Shown here: positions 1-11,119 of the stretch, piece after piece
How the letters are laid out: the number at the start of each line of letters is the position of its first letter
Numbering within the stretch: the first letter of the stretch is position 1
The notes under the pieces: model-generated
The model's input: the letters and a program-made list of their open reading frames with translations, nothing else
Databases searched by the model: none
Told to the model about the DNA's origin: nothing
Source of the DNA: the human T2T-CHM13v2.0 reference genome, Homo sapiens
Assembly: GCF_009914755.1 (NCBI RefSeq)
Contig: NC_060931.1
DNA length: 64,000 nt
Direction: 5' to 3' (one strand)
Translations under genes and position numbers: made by a program

Positions 1-509
1 TTCACATACCCCTAACCCACTTTGCCTCAGATGCCAGACAACTAAGCTACACTAGAATCTAGCCAGCAAGTTATTTTAAGCTACATGCAGGGCTATGCTG
101 GAGGACAGGTTGCTAGATATCATTGCGTTTCTGCTATAAAGGTGTTAAAAACTCAACTTTGGATTCAACTCCCATTAGCAAATAAACAAACCTGTGTGTC
201 GCATCAGAGAGAGAAATTCAAAACCTCAAATCAAAAGAGGAGTTAAGGCCTCCTCCCACTCAGTTCTACATGGCCTCCAGCAATGGCAGAAAGACACAAA
301 AGGGCAGGACTCTGCTCATCTCATCCTCCTTTGAGGATTCCCCAGCCACATTCTCTTTTCTCTTCCTTCAGCAACCTGAATCACAACCTACAGAAAAATG
401 GAACCTTTCTCTCCAGGGTCCCAGTTAAAAGCCAGACTCATTCCCTTTGAGCCACATCTCCCCACTGTAATTAATGAATTCTCTGCAACTCTTTAATGTC
501 TATATCCCC

Positions 510-635
510 TTCTAGTCTGTAAGCTCCTTGAAGGGAGGTTCCACATCTGTTCAATTCATCGCCACATCCCCTGCACCCAGCCTGGTGTCTGGCACATGGC
601 ATGTGCTTAATAAATATTTGTGAAACGTATGAGCA
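510..635 (+). mobile_element. L2 3' end fragment
   Basis: ctgtaagctccttgaaggg...ctggcacatggcatgtgcttaataaatatttg resembles the L2 3' terminus. Confidence 0.6.
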
Positions 636-1897
636 AAAATCTTAGCGCATGCTTTAATTCTAGGGAGGCATCTACTTCAAATTTAATAAGAGTTGCTGAG
701 ATTAAAAAATATATACATACATAAATATACACACACATATATATACATATATGTAGATTAAAATATATATATTAGCTTTAGCTTCTAAACATTTCAGATG
801 ACTGTCCACCACAAATTACTTGGGGAGGGAGAAATATTTGTTTTATAAGATGTAAACTATAATTTTAAAGTTCTTGTAACTATTACAATATTTGATATCA
901 AGACAGGAAACCAGTGTGGGAATCTTTACAAGTACTACATTTTAATACATATTTGGAGAAATGTTACATTGAGGAAAGTATCTGACCCACACAATACTAA
1001 AAATAAAGATTTTAGTATTTTAACTGTAGAGGGTAAACAAAATAGCAAACTTTAGTTATAGTAACTGTCAGAGATCCTCTGCCAATCCCACACTGGATTG
1101 CTCATTGCAATTTGATTCTGCTCTGCTTTACATTTAAGCTATTTTTTTAACTCAGATCTACTCTCACACAATCTCAGAAATCACAGATGAAAATTCCACT
1201 AAGATTGTTCATCCAGCCCACACCCACTCAGAGAACTGGGCTGATTACCTCAGATATTTTTTTCATAAGTAAACACAGACATATAGACAGCAACATAATT
1301 TTCATCTAAAGAAACTTTTATGAAAGAAATTTGCTTCTTGGCTTTAAACCCACACAATATTATTATTATTCCCTAAGAATCATATTCCACTCATACTCAA
1401 GGGGTCTTGGAGCATCTAGAAACAACCATATTCTGGCTCTCAAACAACAGACTTAGGTAGAGGCAGTTATAAACCAAGTCCAGAGAAAATTCAATTTCAG
1501 GGGTACAAACAATGTGGCTAAGAACAAGGAAATTACCAGTGAGTCTTCTGTATTTTTCCAAGATGAAGGAAATATATCACCAACTTCAAAACAAAATCAT
1601 TTAGATTAATAACTAAAGAAGCAATTCTTCACACTGCTATTCCATTTATTATTATAAAAGAATTTTTAAATGTTCACATAGCTTAAATAAGCCCAGGAAT
1701 GATATTGGAAGGCTACAGCCTGCCTGCACAAGCTTCTGCAAAGAAGCATCTTTGAAAAAAATCAATATTTCCCAATCCTTTCATACCAGAGGAATCCTTT
1801 ATAAAAAATATTATACTCCAGACTTTAAAAAAGATGACTTTGATATTTCTAAACTTTTTATGATGAAAAATTTCAAACAGGTACAAAAGTATAGCAC

Positions 1898-2191
1898 TGC
1901 ACTGCCCAGCTGAAATGTAATAGGAGCCATAGATGTAATTTTAATTTCTTAAGTAGACAAAGAGTAAAAGAAAACAAGTTAGTTTTAATTACACAGTATT
2001 ACAATATATTCAAAATATTATCATTTCAACACGTGATGTTTAAAAATTGAGGTATTTTTACATTATTTTTCATACTAAATCTTTGAAACTCAGTGTATGT
2101 GTTATCCTACGGCGCTTCTCAGTAAGGACTAGCCACATTTTAAAGGCTGAATAGCCACATGCGACCAACGGCTGCCTGGCAGACAGCACAG
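1898..2191. mobile_element. MER33-like hAT-Charlie DNA transposon inside an old L1M fragment
   Basis: Characteristic ctagccacattt...aatagccacatg...gacagcacag end and aaaatattatcatttcaacac core. Confidence 0.65.
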
Positions 2192-2609
2192 ATAGAGAAT
2201 TCATCACCCAGTTTCAACGATCGTCAGCTCACGGACAGCCTTGTTTCCTCTGTACTCCCTCCTCACCCCCAGATTATTTCAAAGCAAATCCTAAAAACTG
2301 TAGCATTGCAGCCATGTTCAAAGTTCCTTGACTCTTTTTAACAGTTCGTTTGTTCAAATCAGTGGGTAAACCATCAACTATGAGGACCTCTTTTTAACGA
2401 CAACACATTTTGCTGACTGCAACATAATAGGAGTTACACTTTTAGTAAAATGCTGCAGTCATCTGAATGTTTATTACGCATCTATCTTGGGCCAGGTTCT
2501 GTTCTAGCCCCAAGATAAAACAGCGAACAGGGCCCAAAGGAACTTCTGGACTACACATTAGGGTCACATTAGAATCAAACTTTTTTAGAAATGCCAGTCC
2601 CGTCAGCTA

Positions 2610-3010
2610 GCAAATAGATAAATAAAACCGTGGTATATACATACAATGGGGTATTACTAGGCAATAAAAAGGAATGAAGTACTGATACATGCTACAACAG
2701 AAATTAACCTTGAAAACAACATACTAGGTGAAAGAAGCCAGACACAAAAGGCCACATACTATATGACTCCCCTTATATGAAATGTCTAGAATAGGCAAAT
2801 CCATACAGGCATAAAGTAAATTAGTGGGTGGGGATTAGGGGAATGGACAGGCAGTATGGGGAATGACTGGTAATGGGTGCAAACTTTTTTAGAGGGTGAT
2901 AAATGTTTTAAAATTATGGTGATGGTTGCACAACTCTGAATATACTAAAATCCATTAAATTTTGTACCTTTAAACGGATGACTTGTATAATATGTGAATT
3001 GTGTCTCAAT
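2610..3010 (+). mobile_element. L1MB-type 3' end
   Basis: aaaaggaatgaagtactgatacatgctacaac...gaaagaagccagacacaaaaggccacatac...gatggttgcacaactctgaatatactaaaa. Confidence 0.8.
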
Positions 3011-3344
3011 GGTGAGTGGTGAGCTATGAGTCTAGACAGGGAAGCAGGAGCCAATTCAGAAAGGGTCTTTCAAATCTGCTTTAAAATGTGAAATATTCAT
3101 TGATCCATAAAATATTCACAAAAATTCCATTTGAATTCCATAACAATTTTAGTACATTTTTAGTAACAGCATTACCGTAGATATGAAAAAATAGTACATA
3201 ACATAGGCAAAATATTTATTCTACAGACAATGATTACTACATGTGTGAATTTGAGATCTCCTTGCAATATCTCCTTGGTCCAAAGATGAGAGCAACCAGA
3301 ACAGGTGCTTTTCATGGACTTAACAAGGAATTCTGTTACTTCGA

Positions 3345-3422
3345 CATAAAATGATGATGGCATATTCTATTGCTTCATCATAAAATGATGATGGCATATT
3401 CGTTGTTTCATCATAAAATGAT
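3345..3422. repeat. Tandem repeat, 33-34 bp unit, about 2.3 copies
   Basis: cataaaatgatgatggcatattctattgcttcat / cataaaatgatgatggcatattcgttgtttcat / cataaaatgat. Confidence 0.9.
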
Positions 3423-4069
3423 AAAATACTGTGGATCAAAACAAATCAGAAAACTAGAAAACAAAATGTCACATTCCAATTAACTTTTCACAGAATACTC
3501 TAACAAAATTTAAGCAAATATAATTAATACTTTTTTCAATTGAGCAGTTACTATAGATAGGACACCATGTTTAGTGATGTGAGGAATAGAAACCTAAGGA
3601 ATACACACTCACCCTGCCTTCAAGGCATTTAAAATCTAGTAAGGGAGGCAATAAGTTTGAATACATTACTAGCACAGGAGGCAACAGGGTGAGAGGAATA
3701 GGGGAAGATAAAAGGTAAGAAGTGCTGAAGGAAGGAAGGACATCAGCAACAGAGTTTGTGATCAGAAACTGAACTGGGAAGTTTCTCATATTTTAAAAAA
3801 ACAAATGATCTGGGAAATTGGGTTTAGAGAGATTATGCTGACAAAAGCAGTTTATGAGTTCAGCTTTGAAAGACTTAGGTTTTCACACGGAGAGAACAGA
3901 GAGCTTTCTAGGCAACAGGAGTGCATGGACAAAGGCAAAACGCTTTGTTGATTAATAAAACTCAGACTACCAGCTCACAGGGGTGGGGAATGATAGGATG
4001 AGGCCAAAGCTGAGCCCAGTCTGCTGGATCGTGACTTTAGGCTAAGGAATCTATATGCAAATAAGTAGA

Positions 4070-4290
4070 GAAAATAACTTGGGGATTGAGTCTGAGATCC
4101 ACCATATGTTAGTTGCAAAGCAGTTGTGAACTTAACTTTTCCTAGCCTCATCTGGAGACTGGAGATATAATAACAATGCCTGCTTTGATATTGCCCTGAG
4201 GATTAAATGCAATAATGCATGTACAGGAACTTCTGACAGCACCCGGCACATACAAGTTCAGCACCTATTACTACTGTTATTAATGTTATT
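4070..4290 (+). mobile_element. MIR
   Basis: gaggattaaatgcaataatgcatgta...acagcacccggcacatac...tattactactgttatt core and tail. Confidence 0.6.
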
Positions 4291-4329
4291 ATTCACTATG
4301 TAAGCCACCCAAGAATTTTTAACAACATA

Positions 4330-4612
4330 ATGACAGTGCTTAAATAATTTACCTGACCATGGAAAAAACAGAGACAGAGGTAGGAAAACCCACCTGTAGA
4401 CAATGTTAGGACAGAGTGCATAAGTCCCTAAGACCCTGAACTAAGATGCTGCAGGGCCTCCAGGAAAGGACCAATGTGAGAGACACTGAGACAAGAGTTA
4501 GGGTGAGCCTGAAGGTGATCTGAACAGTAGTAATTGGAAAGTCAAAAAAAAAAATTCCAGAAGGGGCCAGAAAGCTGATGAATGTGTAAATTTAGACAGG
4601 AAAGGAATGTGC
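4330..4612 (+). repeat. Local duplication, donor copy (pairs with 7075-7361)
   Basis: About 283 bp aligns directly with 7075-7361, with about 15 substitutions by eye plus a poly-A length difference. Confidence 0.95.
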
Positions 4613-5575
4613 AGAGAACCATAAACAACTCTCAATTATGCATGGAAGACTTTTTCCACCTAACAGTTTCCATCTTCCCTAGTATCCTACACCTCAATCT
4701 CTTCCTCAGGCATTCTAGGTTGCAGGGTTCTCCAACCCTCCCTGGAGTACTACTGAAATAGAATTAACAAATAGGAAAATACAGTACTGCCGAGAAGCAC
4801 ATTATAAATAAAACTGCATTATCCAGACTCTTATGCAGGGGGAAATGTTACACCAGCACCCAAACTGGAATGAAGTGGAAGAAAGAAGGAATCACTAATT
4901 CCTTCCCCATCCTCTGTTTTGCCATGAGCCCCTTAGGTGGTACCCATGCCACTCTTCCCCAACTTCTCACCCTCAGTGTCAGCGTAAGAGTAGAGAGTTG
5001 AAATGTAGTTGTTTTACTGAAAGCCTACTGCAGGAGCTTTTGGAATTAGTAGCAGTTTCTAACTCTCTACTCTGCATTAGAGAACAGAGGAACTAGCTGG
5101 CTTTCCAGCGCTTTCTTTAAGAGGTATAAAGCATTACTGTTCAGGGTTCATTTACCACAATGGGTAAAACAAATCAGATTTCTCTTTAGATTTAGATGAA
5201 AGGAGGATTTCCTTTCCTTCTGTATTAAAAGTCCCCAGTCTATCAGGCCCACAAACCATAAACCCAAGCACAAAAATCAATGGCAGTAAGAGTCTCAGGG
5301 ATTCTGAAAACAGTACATCTAGACACTTGATATCAGCACCAGAAAGTTTACAGCCCAATCTCAGATGGTTTTAATATTTGTATCACTGGATTCTATCATG
5401 AGTTAACATCTAATTAGTGGGGCGAGAATTGAAGTCAGACTATTAAAAAATCTAGCTCAGCAATTTACTGGTGACCTTAGGCAAGTTCCTAAACCTCGTT
5501 TTCCAATTCTTCACCTGAAAAATGGAGATAACCTCACAACAATGCCCAGCAAGACGGTGAAAATTACAGCTTACG

Positions 5576-5912
<337 letters not shown>

Positions 5913-7049
5913 TTATGATGTAACTATTAACGATTACTGAAAATATATCTCAATAATAAAACAGTAAATCTTTTGGCTAAGCCATAGCTTTTGATACAAA
6001 TAAAGCTAAATGCCTATTAACTAATGGTGGAAACCACATTTTAGTTTATTGGAAGAGGTCAAGCACAATAGAGACAAAATGGGCTGGAATCCTAGTTCTG
6101 CCAGGATAACCTTGGCAACACAGGTTAACCTGCTGGACCCTCAATTTCCCATCTGGTTAAAAATACCTAGCTAACAGACTTCTGTAAGTTTAATGCGGTA
6201 ATGTACAAAAGTTCCTAGTATTGCTATTTGTTAATTTTCCCAACAGTAAAAAAAGGATAAAGATGAAAATCAAAATCAGCTATGAAATCCTCATTCCTCA
6301 TATTTACAGAGAAGGTTTCATTTATTCATTCTATAAATGTTTATTGCAAACCTACTGCGTGTTCTTGACACAGGGGATCAAGTGATGAACAAGACAGACA
6401 AGGTCTCTGCATTCCTGGTACTTACATCCTAATGAGGGAAGGCAGATAACCCAATAACCCAAAGAGACAATTTCAGAGAGAAATTTAAGTGCTATGAGCA
6501 ACAGCAAACGGGTGATGTGGCTTGGCTGGAGGGGATGGTCATTTAGCTTGGATGCATAAGAACCTAGGCCTGCTTGACTGATCTCCTTTAGCCAAGTATA
6601 GTCCTTTAGCCAAGGACCTCACCTTGTATGATACTTGCGGGGTACAGTGCAGATGATGAGAAGCCAGGCCTTCGCTTTCACCCATCTGTGGAAGTATCTC
6701 TTTTGCAGCTGTAGTTTAAAATATTTCTAAATGCCCTCATCCCAATACTCAAACTCTGAGGGTCAGAGCAACACCTAGGGGGTCTCAAGCACCTCTGCGC
6801 AGTACGCAGACACATGGAAACCGACAACTTCACAGTCCCCTCAGCTCCAAGAGTCCCGACTGAGGAGACTGGTGGCTTGTGAGGCGGAGAAGGACAAGCA
6901 CAAGTGTGCAGAAGGCAGCAAGCAAGTTGCGTTGCCGAAGGAAGGGCGGCGCGCCCCTGCTTAAGAAGTATCTGGACGACCTGCGACAGTGCCCATCAGC
7001 GACTCCAGAGGCCACAAACGCTCCCCGGGAAGCTGGGCAGCGCTAAGAG

Positions 7050-7361
7050 GCTGCCTGGGAGTTTCTGGCTTATGATGACAGTACTTAAAGAATTTACCTG
7101 ACCACGGAATAAACAGAGACAGAGGTAGGAAAACCCAACTGTAGACAACGTTCAGACAGAGTGCATAAGTCCCTAAGACCCTGAACTAAGACGCTGCAGG
7201 GCCTCCAGGAAAGGACCAATGTGAGAGACACTGAGACGAGAGTTAGGGTGAGCCTGAAGGTGATCTGAACAGTAGTAATTGGAAACTAACAAAAAAAAAA
7301 AAATTCCAGAAGGGGCCAGAAAGCTGATGAATATGTAAATTCAGACAAGAAAGGAATGTGC
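7050..7361 (+). repeat. Composite templated insertion (copies of 5893-5920 and 4330-4612)
   Basis: 7050-7077 matches 5893-5920 at 26/28 positions. 7075-7361 matches 4330-4612. The two segments share ATG at the junction. Confidence 0.9.
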
Positions 7362-8700
7362 CCTGGGCCTCCAGCCCAGCACCGGGGAGCTGAGCAAGCC
7401 GGGGTTGGGAAGGCGGGCGAGCGGAGCGCCTGCCCCGCGAGCGTTGTCTCAGTCTCTCCGGCGCGCCCCATCCCGCGGATGTGGTAAAGCTTCGCGCTCG
7501 CCCCAATTTACCAGGCTTCCTGAGCCTCTAGCCCCGGCGTAGCGCCTCCCCGCTGCCCAGGACAGCTCCGCGCGCCGCGTCCTCCCGCACCTGCGCCGCG
7601 GCCCCTGCGCTCGGCTCCTCCTGGCGGTCAATCCTCTGAGCCGTCCCTCGAGGGAAGGTGTCCTGGGGTGGGTGAGACCCGGGTCCTCCTTCCCCGGGAG
7701 CTGCAGCCGGCACCCAAGCTCCCAGGCTTGGGTCTGCCCCAGGGCCGGAGCCTCCCCGGGCGACTCGGACAGACCCCGGTCCGGCAGAGAACCGCGGCGC
7801 CCCGCAAACAGCAGCCCTTCCGAGCCCGCGCCGCCGCCAGGCCCCCCGACACCCAGGCCCCATTTAGGCGGGCGCCCCGCCACTCACCTGAGCGCTGTGC
7901 AGCCGGAGACGCTCCCTAGTTCCCCGGGGCCGGGCTCCGGGGTTAGCGCACAGAACCGGGAGAAGGCAACCCCGGCTTCTCCGGTACCCCCGCAACGTGC
8001 AGCTGACAGCTCCCGCACCGGCCGCAGGAGTCGGGGGCGGGGATGGCCACTTGCAGACAGACTGCGGGGCCGGAGCCGCGCTGCGCACCGGCCGCGAAGC
8101 GCTCAAGTCCCCTCTCCCGGGCCGGCTGGCGGGCGCCACCAGCACGCGGCCAGTTCTGAGTACTTTGCCCAGAACTTCTCGGCGCGCGCCGCCCGGCGAT
8201 TAGCCCGAGGAGCCGCGCAAGGGCGGGAGCGCAGGGGAGGGGCCTGAGAGGCCCAGGGGCGGGGCCCCGAGGGGGCGGGAGGGCGGCAGAGTGATGCACA
8301 ATCCCACCAATCAGAAGTCGCCTTTCGGGGAGGAGGTGGGGCGATGTCCTCGGAAGAAGCCAGCGGATTCCATGACGCGGCGGGGGAACTAGGGACCCCG
8401 GATTCCGGATGGGTTGGGAGGGCGGAGGGAGGCGAGTCCTGCGGCGAGGCACTGGGTGGGGCTCCCGGTGGCCCAGCTCGGTGCCTGCGCGCGGTAGGCG
8501 TTCGGTAAATGTTCCTCTAGTGGCTTTTCCGGGCCAGGGAAGGAGGAAAAAGTGAGGGCAGCGCGGGAGGGGCAGGTTTACGGAGAAGGCTCCAGGGGAC
8601 CCTTGCGGTCGCACAGGCTAGGAGAACTCGACCTCCCGAGAAAGTCAGACTGTGGCAGAGGAGTCGAGAACAGAGGAAATACATAGGGAGGCAGCACTCT
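7360..8700. promoter_or_regulatory. CpG-island promoter of a minus-strand gene
   Basis: Very GC- and CpG-dense segment. GC boxes GGGGCGGGG at 8256-8264 and GGGGCGGG at 8272-8279, and CCAAT at 8307-8311, lie just upstream (minus sense) of the putative first exon. Confidence 0.9.
7888..8230 (-). other. Putative non-coding (5' UTR) first exon; TSS approximate
   Basis: Consensus donor CAG|GTGAGT (plus strand cactcacctg, 7881-7890) inside the island. No minus-strand ATG between 7888 and 8230. Positions 1-6500 look A/C-rich on plus, consistent with a minus-strand intron. Gene identity not recognised. Confidence 0.7.
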
Positions 8701-9229
8701 AGGCACGAGATGACAAAGGACAGCATCAGTGTGAGACCCGGGGCTCGGAGACCGTGACCCTACCTCCAGAGGCAGTCGTGCAGATTCGTGCCGGGGTGAT
8801 TTTGTTCTGTGCAGTTTATGTGCAAGGGGGTAGGAGGTGGGGAGAGCACCGTCGTTACTATTAAATCTCCCTGAAAGACGGAAAAGTCCACCCGACTTGA
8901 CTTCCCACTAGCCCAATGGCCTTCTTTGATCCTAGGACGAATGCAAGCAGCTGATGGTTTGGGGTCAGTTTGCAGACTGCAAATGTGTCGAGTGCCGCAG
9001 GTGGCGGGTGGGAAGGGCATGAGCATTTAGTGAGCACCTAGTATATGCCAGGAGCAGTTGCGAGCTTGCAACTGTGAGAAAGGCGCACCAGGCTCCAGTA
9101 CTCACGGGGCTTGCATTTTTTGTGGAAAGACAGACAATAAAGAAGAGAAAATACATATCTATGCAAAAAATAAAAGGCTGACAGACTGTTAGTACTGAGA
9201 GGAGGGCCAAGTCCACTTTCGAAAGTGGT

Positions 9230-9950
9230 TTAGCGCGTGATGGGGCGCTCACCCTGAGGGCCTCTAGGCGAGGGTGGCTTTTACCCAGATTCCTGAGCCT
9301 GGGAAAGGAGCTGCCACACCCAGTCTCGCACAGAGCGTTCCAGGCGAAGGGAATAGCAAATACAGGGTATTTAGCCTCCCTGAAGACCCAACTAACCGAC
9401 CTCACCGAGCTGGGCACCGCGCGTGGCTCGCTGGGCTCAGCGCCTGGGACGGAGTAAGGGCTCCACAGTGTTAAATCCCCCTGCCAACCACCACCTGCAG
9501 CGCTCGACGCATTTTCAGTCTCCAAACTGACCCCAATTCAAGGTTTCTGAGACTCTTTCCGGAGCTATTCTGTTCACATTTCATTCACCACGCTCAGATC
9601 TTCGCTTTCTGGAACCATCCCCCTCGCGAAATGTCTGGGACTGTCTGTTTCGGATCTGGCAGGCGGCGGGCGAGGGCGGGAGGCGCCAGAGATGCTGCCG
9701 AGCAAATCCACTGTCATGCTGCCCACGTCGGCACACGGAGAAGCTTATTGGAGAAGATTTCAAATCGAATGACTCCGCGGTTCCTAAACCACCTCGCAAA
9801 GCCCGACCAGCGCCAGGTGGCTGGACGGGTAGTGGAAGGACGCGTCTGGCAGGCGCGCGGACCGTCCAAGGAGGCACCTTGCCCACGCCCAGCCCCGCCG
9901 TCGGAGCAGCTTAGACTGGGTTTTCCCAAACCTCCTTCCGTCTTTCTGTA
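9230..9950. promoter_or_regulatory. Second CpG patch; possible alternative upstream or divergent promoter
   Basis: CpG-rich. SP/KLF-type boxes (cccacgcccagccccgcc, ~9882-9899). Minus-strand donors AGG|GTGAGC (exon end 9253) and TCG|GTGAGG (exon end 9406). Confidence 0.55.
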
Positions 9951-10199
9951 ATTTCTCTCTGAGAGAGGCTTGCTCTGTCCTCCTCCTGCCAGTCCCTTTC
10001 CTCGTTCAAGCTATTTTCTTTCTTTTTCTTTTGCTCTCCACCTTCAGCCTCTCCGCCTGTTTCTTTAGCATTGGTTTTTCTGTAGGAGACAAGCCTTCAA
10101 TCCGAAAGGAAGTGATTTGCATAGGGCTTTGTTGTTTAGCATCCCGTTCCGAGCTTTTTCATTAATGTCTTCCTAATCAAATAATAATAGAGTGTACAT

Positions 10200-10200
<1 letters not shown>

Positions 10201-10262
<62 letters not shown>
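10201..10262. repeat. Compound microsatellite (CT)12(GT)19
   Basis: Read directly. Confidence 0.98.
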
Positions 10263-10266
<4 letters not shown>

Positions 10267-10896
10267 GAGGCAGTTAATTGGACAGGATGAGAGAATTATT
10301 CACATTGTGCCTTGTCTCCAAGTAAAGGAGGAATCGTACTGTGGCTTTTCATAGTTTCATTTCCTCTTCTACTCCTAAATAAACTTCCAGGCTCTCCAGC
10401 TCCTAAAATCAAAAGGAAAAAATAAAAATAAAAGTTGAAACCCACGCAGAGCTAATTATTCTTGAAAAAGTTTGTTAATGTTCTAAAATCAGCTTTCTCC
10501 TCAGCGTCTTATTTTAAAATAACGATTTGAATGTCTAATAAAGACCAGTGGTTCCATATTAAGAGTTCCTAGAGACCCTCTTCTTTGAACTGTTGAACAA
10601 ATAATTTTTCTCTTTGGAGACAAGCCCACCACAGTGGGAATTTTTCACATGTGACACAGTGGTCTTAGCTTCTGAAATTGGTAATAGGTAAGCGGGTGCT
10701 ACTTGAGTTTGCATGTTTTGATAGTAAAGGAAACTGAGGGCCTCTAGAATCAGACTACCTCAGTTCCTGTCTTGTGATGACCACCTGATTCTGCAATCAC
10801 CTTTCCTTGTCTGTAAAATGGAGATATTTATGTAGCTGCTGGACTACAGGAAGAGTTTGATCATCCATTTGCAAACAATTTCCGCATAGTCTAGTG

Positions 10897-11119
10897 CAGA
10901 GTTCTCAACCTCAGCTCTATTAACATTTTAGGGAGATAATTCTTTCCTGCTGGAGGTAAAGGTTGGGGGGGTGCTGTCTTGTGCATTTAGCAGCATCTCT
11001 GGCCTCCACCTACTAGATTCAAGGAACACCCTGTCCTCCCCAGTTGTAACAACAAAAAATCTCCAGACTTTTGCCAGAAGTCCTCTGGAGGGCAAAATCC
11101 CCCCTGATGAGAACCACTG
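10897..11119. mobile_element. MER20 (hAT-Charlie)
   Basis: Termini cagagttctcaacc...gagaaccactg; core gcagcatctctggcctccacctactagat. Confidence 0.85.

Noticed and set aside
3345-3422. CRISPR-like repeat-spacer array
   Set aside because: Head-to-tail units without unique spacers, in primate DNA, with no cas genes.
6586-6614. Small direct repeats (cctttagccaag twice; similar ones near 39348, 40728, 47790)
   Set aside because: Typical slippage microduplications with no further structure.
7888-8230. Assigning a gene symbol
   Set aside because: No coding exon in the window and the leader sequence is not securely recognised.
7243-8614. Overlapping 100-223 aa ORFs in the CpG island
   Set aside because: Pro/Arg/Gly/Ala-rich on both strands, mostly non-ATG starts, no recognisable domain. 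Expected from stop-codon scarcity at high GC.
8993-9008. CTCF-like motif (also near 56855-56872)
   Set aside because: Mismatches at core positions; cannot be supported without a PWM scan or ChIP data.
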